Positions 1 to 9,424 of a DNA stretch of 64,000 bases are shown in pieces (within the stretch, counting starts at the first letter, position 1; every line of letters starts with the position of its first letter). The notes beneath the pieces were generated by a model. That model searched no databases and was not told the origin of the DNA. It saw nothing but the letters and a program-made list of their open reading frames with translations. The DNA is taken from NCBI GenBank assembly GCA_028818695.1, contig JAPPNK010000026.1, positions 135,164 to 199,163 on the forward strand. The letters are read 5' to 3'. Position numbers and translations under genes: made by a program. The DNA is from Candidatus Poribacteria bacterium. GTDB taxonomy: Bacteria; Poribacteria; WGA-4E; GCA-2687025.

Positions 1-1
1 C

Positions 2-319
2 ATTCAGTCCGCCTGCTGCCTGTCCGGCTGGGGGCGCGTCAAGATCGAAGTGTTCGGAAAGCATCTCGCGGCGGACATCACGCAGGGGCAGGCGACGCTC
101 GTCAGCGGCGGCAACCGCGAAGTGATCAAAAGCTCGGTGAACCCGTACCAGCAGGAAGACCGCATCTTCATTGACGCGGTGAAAAGCGGCGACGGATCGA
201 AGATACTCGCGCCGTACGCCGAGGCGTTCCAGACGCAGAAGCTGATGGTCGCCGCGACGCGGTCGATGGAGAGCGGCAAGGCGGTGTTCATTCAGAACGA
301 TCAGTTTGTGTCGGCTTGA
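2..319 (+). CDS. Gfo/Idh/MocA-family oxidoreductase, C-terminal fragment (5' end lies outside the window)
   Basis: Open frame from window edge; the C-terminal region resembles the C-terminus of the complete Gfo/Idh/MocA gene at 52542..53546 (NFIDAIRG / IFIDAVKSG segment). Confidence 0.45.
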   Translation: MQSACCLSGWGRVKIEVFGKHLAADITQGQATLVSGGNREVIKSSVNPYQQEDRIFIDAVKSGDGSKILAPYAEAFQTQKLMVAATRSMESGKAVFIQNDQFVSA

Positions 320-345
320 CGCCGATCTTTTGAAAGGAAAAACGG

Positions 346-675
346 ATGGCTGAAATTCTTGAGCTGACCGATGAAGCGTTTGAGGAGGAGGTTCTCAACA
401 GCGAGCTTCCTGCGTTGGTCGATTTCTGGGCGCCGTGGTGCGGACCCTGCAAGGCGATCGCGCCGATCGTGAAGGAGCTGGCGGAGGAGTACGACGGGCG
501 GCTGAAGGTGGCGAAGGTGAACGTCGACGACAACCAGGGCGCCGCCATGCGCTATCAGGTGCGCGGCATTCCAACCCTGCTGATCTTCAAGGGCGGCGAG
601 GTGAAGCAGCAGGTGGTCGGAGCTGTTCCGAAGGAGGTTTTGACCGAAAAGATCGACGCGGCGCTGGAAGATTGA
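346..675 (+). CDS. trxA: thioredoxin
   Basis: 109 aa; canonical WCGPC active site, GIPTLLIFKGG motif, typical thioredoxin length. Confidence 0.95.
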   Translation: MAEILELTDEAFEEEVLNSELPALVDFWAPWCGPCKAIAPIVKELAEEYDGRLKVAKVNVDDNQGAAMRYQVRGIPTLLIFKGGEVKQQVVGAVPKEVLTEKIDAALED

Positions 676-762
676 GCCTGTTCATTCGGCGCGGAGAGGC
701 GGCATCGTCAGCCTCTCCGCGCCCGCGCTGTTTATTTTATTTAAGAATATCAGGAGAGACGG

Positions 763-1656
763 ATGGCAATAGCGGAAGCCCCTCTTATCGAAACGCCGAA
801 GCCGCTGTCGGATGCGGATGTGCAGTTTTTTGTTGAGAACGGATATTATGCGGCGCCGAATCTCATGACGGCGGAGGAGGTGGAGGAGCTGCGCGCGGAC
901 ACGGCTTATCTGGCGCGCGGCGGGTATCCGTGCGACGCGATGCAGCCGCTCCCCGACGAAACGACCGACGACGAGGCGCTGGCGGACATCCTATGCGTCC
1001 ATCAGCCGCACTTTGTCAGCCCCGTCATGCTGGAGTATGTGAAGCATCCAAAGATATGCGGGGCGTTGAGTCAGCTGACGGCGGCGCATATGCCGTATTG
1101 GGACGGCAGCGTCAAGTGCATGCAGTCGATGCTGTTTGTGAAGCCGCCGGGTTTTCAGGGTCAGGCGTGGCATCAGGACGAGATCTACATTCCGACGCGC
1201 GACCGGTCGCTCATCGGCGCCTGGATCGCGCTGGACGACGCGACGATTGAGAACGGCTGCCTGTGGGTCATCCCAGGGTCGCACCGCCAGGGGTATCTGT
1301 ATCCGCAGCGTCCGCATGAGAACCCGGACGAATTCGATTTCACGCCGGAGAGTTACGGGTTTGACGAGACGCAGGAGGTTCCGGTGGAGGCGGCGGCGGG
1401 GACGCTTGTCTTTTTCAACGGGTATCTGCTGCATCGTTCGCACAAGAACCGCGGGGAAACCTATCGGCGCGTGCTGGTGAACCATTACTGCAACGCCTGG
1501 TCGCTGCTGCCGTGGAGCATTCGTCAAGGGGAAAGCCCCGCGACCGCCGACCGGCGATGCATCGTCCCTGTCGCAGGCGTGGATCCGTATGCGTGGAAAG
1601 GCGTTGAGGAGCCGCCCAAGAATGTGCATCTTCGGCGGTGTCAGGCGAATTCGTAG
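763..1656 (+). CDS. phytanoyl-CoA dioxygenase (PhyH) family Fe(II)/2-oxoglutarate oxygenase
   Basis: WHQDE iron-binding HxD, a distal His and a RxS-like region; length about 300 aa; paralogous to 16509..17408 and 44739..45533. Confidence 0.8.
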   Translation: MAIAEAPLIETPKPLSDADVQFFVENGYYAAPNLMTAEEVEELRADTAYLARGGYPCDAMQPLPDETTDDEALADILCVHQPHFVSPVMLEYVKHPKICGALSQLTAAHMPYWDGSVKCMQSMLFVKPPGFQGQAWHQDEIYIPTRDRSLIGAWIALDDATIENGCLWVIPGSHRQGYLYPQRPHENPDEFDFTPESYGFDETQEVPVEAAAGTLVFFNGYLLHRSHKNRGETYRRVLVNHYCNAWSLLPWSIRQGESPATADRRCIVPVAGVDPYAWKGVEEPPKNVHLRRCQANS

Positions 1657-1681
1657 AGGTTAGGCGAGCCGCGCCGATGTT

Positions 1682-1849
1682 CCGACCTCATGCATAAAGT
1701 TGGGACATTTGAACGAATGATCGCTCTATTTATAGGGAAAAGGCGCTGCCAACCAGGCCGTCATTCCCGCGAAAGCGGGAATCCAGAGGCGCCCCAGAAA
1801 CCGTCTGCGTTCGCCCAGGCGAATGTCCCAACTAAAGCGCTAAGGTCAG
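1682..1849. mobile_element. MITE-like non-autonomous element, copy 1 (about 168 bp)
   Basis: Imperfect 25-29 bp terminal inverted repeats (CCGACCTCATGCATAAAGTTGGGACAT ... ATGTCCCAACTAAAGCGCTAAGGTCAG). Internal perfect palindrome ATTCCCGCGAAAGCGGGAAT. Near-identical copies at 29876-30042 and 54944-55131. Flanks GATGTT / GACGTT may be a degenerate 6-bp target-site duplication. Confidence 0.7.
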
Positions 1850-1903
1850 GACGTTCGGTTGACAACATGAAGCAGACGGCGTATGGCGCTCCCGCCAAGG
1901 GAT

Positions 1904-2194
1904 TCACCTGGATCGATTCCATTTTTGTATTTGCTTTTCATACGGATCATGCGGTCCGACCCAGTACCACACGATTCTTTCGCCTTCGGCTGTTTCTTCC
2001 GCATATCCGAGAATTCTGTATTTTCGGTTGATCCATATAGAATACAGGTAGGGGGGGACTTGCTTAAAATGAAGGCTACGGCGCTGCGGATCAATTTCAA
2101 ACCGCTCCAGAGTTGTATCGGCCTTCTTTTGTAACTGCCTATCGAGACGGTTGTATTCCTTCCAGTAATCCGAATTCTGTCTTGATCGCATCAA
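1904..2194 (-). CDS. RelE/ParE-fold toxin-like small protein (cassette copy 0)
   Basis: 96 aa; aligns with the small proteins at 38873, 39803 and 40746 (FKQ...Y..W...YR..G..........W.W.GPHD.Y). Start overlaps the stop of the upstream TPR gene (ATGA); region is AT-richer than surroundings. Confidence 0.55.
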   Translation of the reverse strand: MMRSRQNSDYWKEYNRLDRQLQKKADTTLERFEIDPQRRSLHFKQVPPYLYSIWINRKYRILGYAEETAEGERIVWYWVGPHDPYEKQIQKWNRSR

Positions 2195-2988
2195 CCGTCC
2201 TTGGAAATGGGCGGCTCTGCTTCTTCAGCTCTGCGCTCTTTCTTCGCTTTTTCTGCCCATGCTTGCAGCATTGCAATCGATTCAGGGCTTTTCAGCGTTT
2301 TGTCCCATTTCTCTTCCCATTCCCGCGCATCTTCCATGATTGGCTCAAACTCTTCTCTGTAAAGATCTGGGTTGAGCATGATCGCCTCGTAGATGTCGTC
2401 ATAGTATTCGTCCTCGTCGCCTCTCGCTTGATGGACAAGTCCTTTTAGGAGAAACGCCTCGGCGCAATAGCTGTCCAAATCGGTCGCTTTTTCGAGGCTC
2501 TCAACCGCGGCGTCCAGATTGCCCGCGTAGGCATGCGCTTCGCCCAAGCGCAGATAGGTTTCCGCGACGGGGTTCAGTTTCGCCGACTTGGCAAGGTCTG
2601 CAACCGCTTTGTTCAGATCGGCTGAGCCGTCTCCTATCTTGATCAAGATCAACGCAACAATCCCGCGGCAGTAGTAGAGGCTCGCTGACGCGGCTTCCGC
2701 CTTTTTTCCGAGCTCTATTTGCTGCGCCAGCCGAATTGCCGCGTTGGAATGCTCAATCGCTTTTTTGTATTCGGATACGGCGTTGGATTTATTCTCCCGC
2801 AAAAAATCCGCTGTCGCCTGACAAAGGGCTGCCGTGACGCGTTTAATTTCTGAGTTGAACTCTGCGCGGTCGTCTGACGAAGAGCCGCTTGGCGTCAGAG
2901 CGCTGAACGGTTTTAGCAGCGCAATCGGCGCCTGTTCAATCAGATTCGATGAAAACAAACCGCTTTTCAATTCCATTAAATGCGGCAT
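2191..2988 (-). CDS. TPR-repeat protein with acidic C-terminal tail (upstream partner of the toxin-like gene)
   Basis: TPR-like helical repeats (AEAFLLKGLVHQARGDEDEYYDDIYEAIMLNPDLY resembles the TPR proteins at 38358, 39285 and 40226); acidic C-terminus; ATGA-coupled to the downstream small gene. Confidence 0.65.
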   Translation of the reverse strand: MPHLMELKSGLFSSNLIEQAPIALLKPFSALTPSGSSSDDRAEFNSEIKRVTAALCQATADFLRENKSNAVSEYKKAIEHSNAAIRLAQQIELGKKAEAASASLYYCRGIVALILIKIGDGSADLNKAVADLAKSAKLNPVAETYLRLGEAHAYAGNLDAAVESLEKATDLDSYCAEAFLLKGLVHQARGDEDEYYDDIYEAIMLNPDLYREEFEPIMEDAREWEEKWDKTLKSPESIAMLQAWAEKAKKERRAEEAEPPISKDG

Positions 2989-3146
2989 GGTTTCCCCCGC
3001 GATTTGTTCATGTCAGACCCTGCGTCGTTTGGCGGATAGATCTATTGCCCGCGACCCTCAACGTCAATTATACCGCAGCGGAAATGACGACGCCCGTCTG
3101 CTTATGGATTACCGCTTACGCGAGAACGGCAAGAGGCGCGCTCGGC

Positions 3147-4319
3147 TTACCGCTCTTCAATCGGCTGGACGACCCGCCCTTCTTCGCCGACATAGATCGC
3201 TTTCGGCCGTATGAGTCGGTTGTCGTTGTGCTGCTCAATGATGTGCGCCGTCCAGCCCGTGATGCGCGCCAGCGCAAACACCGGCGTGAAGAGCGGCACG
3301 TCGATGCCCATCGTTGTGTAAGCGGACGCTGAGAAGAAATCGACGTTCGGATAGACGCCTTTCTCATTAAGACCTTCCTTCTCGCACGCCTCCACAACCG
3401 CCTCTGAAATGTCAACCCAGACCGTTTCGCCCGCGCGTTTTCCGAGCGTTTCCGACATCTCATGCAAGACCGCCGCGCGCGGATCGTACGACGTATAGAC
3501 GCGGTGGCCGAAGCCCGGTATGCGTTTCGGCGCGAGACCTGGGACGACGCGGTCGCCCGCAAGCGTTTCCTTCACATACCGCTCGGCGTTTTCAGGCGCC
3601 TCGATCTCCTCAAGCATCGCGCGCACAATCGCGTTCGCTCCGCCGTGCAGCGGTCCTTTGAGCGTTCCAAGCGCCGATGTGACGGCGGCGTACATATCGG
3701 ACAGGGTCGCGCAGGTGACCCGCGCCGAGAAGGTCGAAGCGTTCATCCCATGCTCGGCGTGGAGCGTCAGCGCGGCGTCCAGCGTGCGCGCGACGAACGG
3801 GTCCGGCTTCTCCCCGCTGAGCATATAAAGAAAGTTGGCGGCAGAGCTGCCGTCTTTGAGCGGCGGAATCGGCTCCTGGTCGTTCGAATGGCGGTAAACG
3901 GCGGCGAGAATGGTCGGAAACTTAGCGGTGAGTCGAATCGCTTTGCGCAGGTTCGCTTCGTTGGAGTTGTCCTCCATCTCCGCATCGGCGCTGGCGAGCA
4001 GGGAGACGCATGTGCGCAGCGCGTCCATCGGGGGGGCTGTTTTGGGATAGGAGGCGATGAGCCTATACGCGTTTTCGTCAATGCCGCGTTCGGCGGCGAG
4101 CTGCGCGTTCAGCGCGTTCAGCTGCGGGCGCGTCGGCAGGTCGCCCGACCAGAGCAGGTATGCCGTCTCTTCAAATGTTGCGTTTTGAGCCAGGTCTCGT
4201 ATGTCGTATCCGCGGTAGATAAGATGGCCGGCGGAGCCATCGATTCTACATATTTTAGATTCGGTGAGGGCGACGTCCTGCAGCCCCGATATAACGTTCG
4301 CCATGCTTGATCCTTTCAC
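3147..4319 (-). CDS. citrate synthase (or 2-methylcitrate synthase) family
   Basis: GFGHRVY catalytic motif, HGGANE-like region; about 385 aa. True start is possibly the internal Met at 4304 (MANVISGL...). Confidence 0.9.
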   Translation of the reverse strand: MKGSSMANVISGLQDVALTESKICRIDGSAGHLIYRGYDIRDLAQNATFEETAYLLWSGDLPTRPQLNALNAQLAAERGIDENAYRLIASYPKTAPPMDALRTCVSLLASADAEMEDNSNEANLRKAIRLTAKFPTILAAVYRHSNDQEPIPPLKDGSSAANFLYMLSGEKPDPFVARTLDAALTLHAEHGMNASTFSARVTCATLSDMYAAVTSALGTLKGPLHGGANAIVRAMLEEIEAPENAERYVKETLAGDRVVPGLAPKRIPGFGHRVYTSYDPRAAVLHEMSETLGKRAGETVWVDISEAVVEACEKEGLNEKGVYPNVDFFSASAYTTMGIDVPLFTPVFALARITGWTAHIIEQHNDNRLIRPKAIYVGEEGRVVQPIEER

Positions 4320-4413
4320 TCGTCGCCTGTCTGTGAGCGCGCTGTTGCCGACTGCTGATATTATTCCATGTCCGAAGCGTTTTTACAATGGAAACTTATG
4401 GGAGGCGGCGCAT

Positions 4414-6057
4414 TCAGACCCGTTGAACGGCGGGGAGCGAGACGGTGAAGCGGCAGCCTCCCCCGCCGACGGCGCTGACCTCAATCGTTCCGTTGTGATC
4501 CTCCACGATGCGCTTCGTCAGGGCGAGGCCGATGCCTGCCCCTTTGCGCTTCGTTGTGTAAAGCGGGTCGAAGATGCGCCGGCGCAGCTCTGGAGAGACG
4601 CCGGGACCGTTGTCTTGCACATACGCCTCCACAACGCGCATGGACCCGCCCGGCGTCCGCTCAACTGCGCGCACCGAGACGCGCAGCTCGCCCCCGTCCG
4701 GCATGGCGTCGATCGCATTGCTGATGAGGTTCAGAAAAACCTGCGTGATCTGATCGGCGTCCGCTAAGACGCGCGGAGCGCTCTTGGAAAAATCGCGCCG
4801 TATCTGCGCGCCCGATTTCTGCGCCTCATTCTTCATCAGAACCAAAGCCCTCTCCGCCGCCTCCACCAGATCGATCTCCTGAAACATATCCGGCGATGAA
4901 CGGCCGTAGCGCAGCTGTTTCTCCACGACGCGGTTCAGCCGCTCAACCTCTTCAATAATGATGGAGGCGTATTGAAGCATGTCTTCAGCCGATTTATTCG
5001 AGAGCGCAGGCTCCCGTCCGCCGTTCATCCGCTTGACGCCGATCTCAATCAGCTGCGCAGCGCCGCGTATGCCTCCAAGCGGGTTGCGTATCTCGTGCGC
5101 CAAGCTTTGCGACATCTCTCCTAGAGCGGCGAGACGTTCATGGAGCGCCGCTTCCTCAATCATCTGTTGTATTTTCAGCGCCTGCGAGAAGACGGAGGCG
5201 ACGATCGTCAAGAAATTCAGGTCGTCGCGCAGGGTTCGCTCGTCCATCGGCGCTCTGTCGACGCTCAACACGCCCGCCGTTTCGCCTTCCATGACGATCG
5301 GCAGGCAGAGGAAAGCGACGGAGCGTTCCTCAGCCGCCGCTTCATGAAGCGCGATCGGTTTGTCGCCTAGGTTCGGCGCCGCCATCGGCTGCCCCGTTTT
5401 CAGCGTCTGTCGATAGATATTCTCGCCCAGGCGGTACTGTCCGCGTTCGATGTCGGCGTCGGTAAGCCCGTAGGCGCATTTGAGCGTGAACCGCTCCGCC
5501 GCGCGGTCGTAGAGCAGCAGCTGTCCGCGGTACATGTTCAGCTGCTCCGACAGGCGGCGCATGACATCTTCAAACAGGCTCTCCATGTCGAAGGTGCGGG
5601 ATATTTCGCGGGCAATTTCAAACAAAGCGGAGCTTTCGCTCAGATGCTTTTGCGCTTCGGCGTTCGCTTCGTCAAGCCGTTTCAGCCGCGTTTGGACGTT
5701 CTTGCGCCAAAGAAGGAGTCGGCTGAGAGCGGCGATCGTCATTCCGCCGACGCAGGCGAACATGCCGCATACCATGGCGATGGCGGGGATATTCGGACGG
5801 AAGAGCGCATAGGCGAAAAGCGACGCAACCCCGGCGCCCCATACCGCCCACGGACGGCCGCGCAGAACGGCGGCAACCAGCGCGAGAATGTAGAGGTGCG
5901 ACAGGGCGGCCGCCGCCGCGAGCGGGTTCAGACGGTCCCCCGCCGCGTATATGCATAGGCTGGACAGGCAGATCCCGACGACGAGAACGATGGTCAGCGC
6001 AACGGGTTGACGCCTCCGCCGCCGTTCGCCGGCATCGTTCTCAGACGAGCTGTCCAT
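4414..6057 (-). CDS. membrane-bound sensor histidine kinase (TM region + GAF + HisKA + HATPase_c)
   Basis: N-terminal hydrophobic segments; H-box HEIRNPL; G2 box GAGIGLAL; GAF-like middle region. Confidence 0.85.
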   Translation of the reverse strand: MDSSSENDAGERRRRRQPVALTIVLVVGICLSSLCIYAAGDRLNPLAAAAALSHLYILALVAAVLRGRPWAVWGAGVASLFAYALFRPNIPAIAMVCGMFACVGGMTIAALSRLLLWRKNVQTRLKRLDEANAEAQKHLSESSALFEIAREISRTFDMESLFEDVMRRLSEQLNMYRGQLLLYDRAAERFTLKCAYGLTDADIERGQYRLGENIYRQTLKTGQPMAAPNLGDKPIALHEAAAEERSVAFLCLPIVMEGETAGVLSVDRAPMDERTLRDDLNFLTIVASVFSQALKIQQMIEEAALHERLAALGEMSQSLAHEIRNPLGGIRGAAQLIEIGVKRMNGGREPALSNKSAEDMLQYASIIIEEVERLNRVVEKQLRYGRSSPDMFQEIDLVEAAERALVLMKNEAQKSGAQIRRDFSKSAPRVLADADQITQVFLNLISNAIDAMPDGGELRVSVRAVERTPGGSMRVVEAYVQDNGPGVSPELRRRIFDPLYTTKRKGAGIGLALTKRIVEDHNGTIEVSAVGGGGCRFTVSLPAVQRV

Positions 6058-6069
6058 CGCCCAGCGCGG

Positions 6070-7572
6070 TCATTCGGGCGTTTCGAAGCCGCGCAGCCGG
6101 CGCAGCGACTTCAACGCCTGCAGGTAATTGACCGCCGACCGTATCTTCGGGTCCCAAATGTAATCGTCCTCCTGACCGACCGTCTCTACCGCAATCGCAA
6201 ATCTCACCAGCGGATCGCTCAGGGCGACGCCTTCGGCTTCCAGCTCCTCCAAGAAGCTGCGGTAGCTGCGCTCTAGGCTGGAGGGGGGCGAGTCGCGCGG
6301 GTCTTCCTGCGCTAAGCGCTCTAGGACATCCGTACCCTCTTTTTCTAAAAACGCTTTCAACGCTTCGCTTGTCCGCGCCTTTAGCCACATGCGCCCTTCG
6401 GCTCCGCTCAACGGGTCAAGCGTCACATCCGGCACGATTCCGACCTTGTGGATATTGACATCGTTTGGGGTGTAGTAGTGTGCGATGGTGAGTTTGACGG
6501 CGGACGGTTCGCGCGCCTCGTTCAGCTGAAAGATTTTTTGAACGCTCGCTTTTCCGAAGGTGTCGGTGCCCATCAACAGAGCGCGTCCATGCGCCTGGAG
6601 CGCCCCCGCGACAATCTCCGACGCGCTGGCGCTGCCCTGATTCACCAGAACAATCAGCGGCAGGTCGGTGTGGAAACTCTTGCTTTCAACGTGAAAGTTG
6701 GTCGGTTCGCCGCGCCCTTTTGTGTACACAATCAGGTCGCCTTCGTTCAGAAAAAATGAGGCGATCTTCGTCGCAGAGTTCAGCAGGCCGCCTGGATTGG
6801 AGCGCAGATCCAAAATGAGCGCCTTCGCCCCCTTCGCTTCCATATCCTGGATCGTCTCTTCGACGACAGCCGCGGTCGGTCCCATGAACTGGGTGATGCG
6901 GATATAACCTGTCATGGACTCTTCAAGGAGCGCGCTTTTGACCGATACGATCGTGATGATTCCGCGCACGATGGGCGTAACGATCGGCTCGTCAACGCCC
7001 TCTCGCAGTATGGTGAGGGTGACGCTGGTGCCGGGTTCGCCGCGCATTTTTTGGGCGCCTTCGTCGACCGAGATGCCGGCGGTCGACTCGCCGTCGATCT
7101 CGACGATTGCATCCCCCGCCATGACGCCCGCTTTATGCGCGGGGGTGTCTTCGATGGGCGCAATGACGGTGAGGCGGTTCTGCTTGATGCCGATATACAT
7201 GCCAAGTCCGCCGAACTTGCCGCTCGTGTCGGTCTGCAGGGCGCTGTACGCTTCGGAGTTGTAATACTGGCTATACGGGTCTAATTCCCGCAGCATGCCG
7301 CGTATGGCGCCTTCGACCAGTCTGTCGATGCCTTCTGGGCTGTAATGCTCGCTCTGTACGCGGGCAAGCGCTTCGCTCAGGACGGCAAGGCTTTCCAGTT
7401 CGGCGTCCTCTTCAGACTTCTCAGCGGGAGGCGGCTGCTCAGGCTCCACAACGGGAGGCGTCTGCGCGGCGGCAAACAAGACGCCCACCGCAAACATCAA
7501 AGCGATCAACAAGGCGAACAGCGCGCAAACAGACGCCGTTCGCCAGACGGCGCTGCGTTCAAGATGCTTCAT
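6070..7572 (-). CDS. S41-family carboxyl-terminal processing peptidase with PDZ domain
   Basis: N-terminal signal/TM; PDZ-like GVMAGDAIVEIDG; catalytic-region motifs RSNPGG and GSASASEI. Confidence 0.85.
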   Translation of the reverse strand: MKHLERSAVWRTASVCALFALLIALMFAVGVLFAAAQTPPVVEPEQPPPAEKSEEDAELESLAVLSEALARVQSEHYSPEGIDRLVEGAIRGMLRELDPYSQYYNSEAYSALQTDTSGKFGGLGMYIGIKQNRLTVIAPIEDTPAHKAGVMAGDAIVEIDGESTAGISVDEGAQKMRGEPGTSVTLTILREGVDEPIVTPIVRGIITIVSVKSALLEESMTGYIRITQFMGPTAAVVEETIQDMEAKGAKALILDLRSNPGGLLNSATKIASFFLNEGDLIVYTKGRGEPTNFHVESKSFHTDLPLIVLVNQGSASASEIVAGALQAHGRALLMGTDTFGKASVQKIFQLNEAREPSAVKLTIAHYYTPNDVNIHKVGIVPDVTLDPLSGAEGRMWLKARTSEALKAFLEKEGTDVLERLAQEDPRDSPPSSLERSYRSFLEELEAEGVALSDPLVRFAIAVETVGQEDDYIWDPKIRSAVNYLQALKSLRRLRGFETPE

Positions 7573-7625
7573 ATCAAATAACTCTCATCGTTTGTCTCAT
7601 AAAAGGCGCTCTACATTCGGCGGCA

Positions 7626-8873
7626 TCAACGGCGCGGGCGCATCCAGTTGATGGCGTTAAACCCGCGCCTCATTTCAAAATACAGAACCGGTCGGTCGAC
7701 CAGCCCGCCTGTGTTTCCGACCGTTCCGATCAAGGCGCCTTTGGCGACCTTTTGCCCTTCCGTCACATGGATGTCGCGCAGATGGGCGTAAAATGTTCGC
7801 AGGCCGTTATGTCCATGGTACACGCAAACCAGTTTGCCAAATCCCAACCCGGCATACCAGTCGGCGACCTCGACCGTTCCGCTCATGATCGATTTGACGG
7901 GCGCGCCTTCTTCCGCCTGTATCGACACGCCGTTCAGGTCCCTGCTGAAATTGGAGATGACGGTTCCGGAGACGGGCCACATGACCGCCTGATAGGTTCC
8001 GCGCAGCTCCAATTTTGAGGTGTGTCCGATGGTTCTTGGATTCCATGGGAGTTTTGAGACGGCGGTTGAAACTGCCCCTGTTCTGACCGGCTTTGCCGCC
8101 GGAGGCGCTGTCGGGCTTGTGTTGGTCAGCTTGCGTATCATCGCGTCTAAGGCGCGGACGGCAGCTTCCCCCTCGCGTATCAGCTGTTCTAGGGCTGCCT
8201 TGTCTTGGCGCGCTTTGGCGAGGATCGATTGGCGCATTTTGCGTTCTTTTTCGAGCGCCGCTTTTTGCTCTTGAACGGTCTGCTCCTGCCGCGCTAAAAC
8301 GGCGCGCCGTTCCGACAGGTCCGCTTTTCGCGCGTCCAGTATCTGCTGCGAATCGACAAGACCTTGCAGTATCTCCTGATCTTTTTCGCGTATTTTGGAG
8401 AGGTATTTTAAGCGGGTGAGCGGTCCGCCGACGCCGTTCCCGTTCAAATGTCCGCGCATGGCGACGCCAAAGGGCGCGCCGCCGGACCGGTACGCAAGTT
8501 TATACTTGGCGCGAAAACGCTGTCCGACGCGCTCTTCGTGCGTTTTGTGCAGCTTCTCAAGCGCCTCGATCTCTTGTTGTACCGCGGCGATGCCGGATTG
8601 GACTCTGGAGATGTCGCGCTGGGCGGCGATCAGTTGCGTTCGCGCGGAGTCGATTTTTCGGTCAAGGCGGTTGATTTCGGCGAGGACGCCTTTTTCGCGT
8701 TGCGCCGCTTTCTGGGCGGCGGCTTCGGCTTGTTGTATGCGGGCGCGCTCTTTGTCGCGTTCGGTCTGGGCGCGCTGCAGCTCGGCGTTTCCCTGCGCCT
8801 GCGCGACGACGGGAAACAGCGCGGCAATTCCGCATAATAATAGAAAGAAGCGGTTCATACTCTTATGATACAC
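7626..8873 (-). CDS. M23/LytM-family peptidoglycan metallopeptidase with N-terminal coiled coil (EnvC-like)
   Basis: Signal peptide; long Q/A/E/R-rich coiled coil; C-terminal LytM domain (HxxxD ... GxTGxxxGPHLH-like region). Confidence 0.8.
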   Translation of the reverse strand: MYHKSMNRFFLLLCGIAALFPVVAQAQGNAELQRAQTERDKERARIQQAEAAAQKAAQREKGVLAEINRLDRKIDSARTQLIAAQRDISRVQSGIAAVQQEIEALEKLHKTHEERVGQRFRAKYKLAYRSGGAPFGVAMRGHLNGNGVGGPLTRLKYLSKIREKDQEILQGLVDSQQILDARKADLSERRAVLARQEQTVQEQKAALEKERKMRQSILAKARQDKAALEQLIREGEAAVRALDAMIRKLTNTSPTAPPAAKPVRTGAVSTAVSKLPWNPRTIGHTSKLELRGTYQAVMWPVSGTVISNFSRDLNGVSIQAEEGAPVKSIMSGTVEVADWYAGLGFGKLVCVYHGHNGLRTFYAHLRDIHVTEGQKVAKGALIGTVGNTGGLVDRPVLYFEMRRGFNAINWMRPRR

Positions 8874-9012
8874 CGCAGGGGGCGATATCGCAAGTGTACG
8901 GGAGGCCCCTGTCAGCGGCGCCTTTCTTTAGAAGTCTCGGTCTTTTGAGGCGCGGACAGATTCAGCCTTGGCAAAGATTCCCGCGTTAAGAACGCCTCGA
9001 CAGACGCAGGGG

Positions 9013-9070
9013 CATGGCATTTTAAAGAAAGGAGGAGCAACCCTGGTTGCCCAGAGTTGCTCTTGCTCCG
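9013..9070 (-). terminator. putative Rho-independent terminator downstream of the HU gene
   Basis: Inverted repeat GGAGCAAC...GTTGCTCC followed on the transcribed strand by a U-rich tract (UCCUUUCUUUAAAAU). Confidence 0.35.
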
Positions 9071-9076
9071 ATCTGC

Positions 9077-9358
9077 TCAGCCGTCAACGCTGTCGCGCAG
9101 CGTTTTCCCAGGTTTAAAAACAGCGACCGTTTTAGCGGCGATCTGAATCTTCTCTTTTGTCTGAGGATTGGTGCCTTCGCGGGCGGCTCGATGGCGCGTT
9201 TCAAAGGTACCAAATCCGATGAGACTCACCTTGTCGCCGTCTGCCAGCGCGCCTGTGATGGCGCCCAGAACGGCGTCAAGAGCCTGGGACGCCTGTTTTT
9301 TCGTCAGGCTCAGATCCTCATGATTGTAAAGGGCGTTGACGATGTCTTGCTTGTTCAC
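9077..9358 (-). CDS. hup: DNA-binding protein HU
   Basis: VNKQDIVNAL...GFGTFETRHRAAREGTNPQT matches the HU/IHF family. GTG start preceded by a strong AGGAGGAG SD. The 36 nt upstream of it in the track ORF are probably untranslated. Confidence 0.9.
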   Translation of the reverse strand: MNKQDIVNALYNHEDLSLTKKQASQALDAVLGAITGALADGDKVSLIGFGTFETRHRAAREGTNPQTKEKIQIAAKTVAVFKPGKTLRDSVDG

Positions 9359-9424
9359 TGGAGGACTCCTCCTGATGTGGACATAAGTGTTCATGAATCG
9401 GCGCCGCGGGCACCCACTATCATT

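Noticed and set aside
1690-2031. ORFs translating as ...HSRESGNPE..., ...IPAKAGIQ..., ...SFPRKRESRV... (also 12379..12666, 12441..12758, 12452..12646, 12466..12672, 29882..30085, and the first about 100 codons of 9425..12670)
   Set aside because: They are read-through of the palindromic MITE cores in several frames and on both strands. They are repeated non-coding sequence, not genes.
3462-4310. Long antisense or alternate-frame ORFs inside confidently assigned genes (e.g. 3462..4310, 10586..11659, 31329..32261, 33283..34665, 49448..50362, 56871..57905, 60289..61482)
   Set aside because: They are typical GC-rich shadow ORFs (Arg/Ala/Pro-rich, no motifs) opposite genes with strong family signatures.
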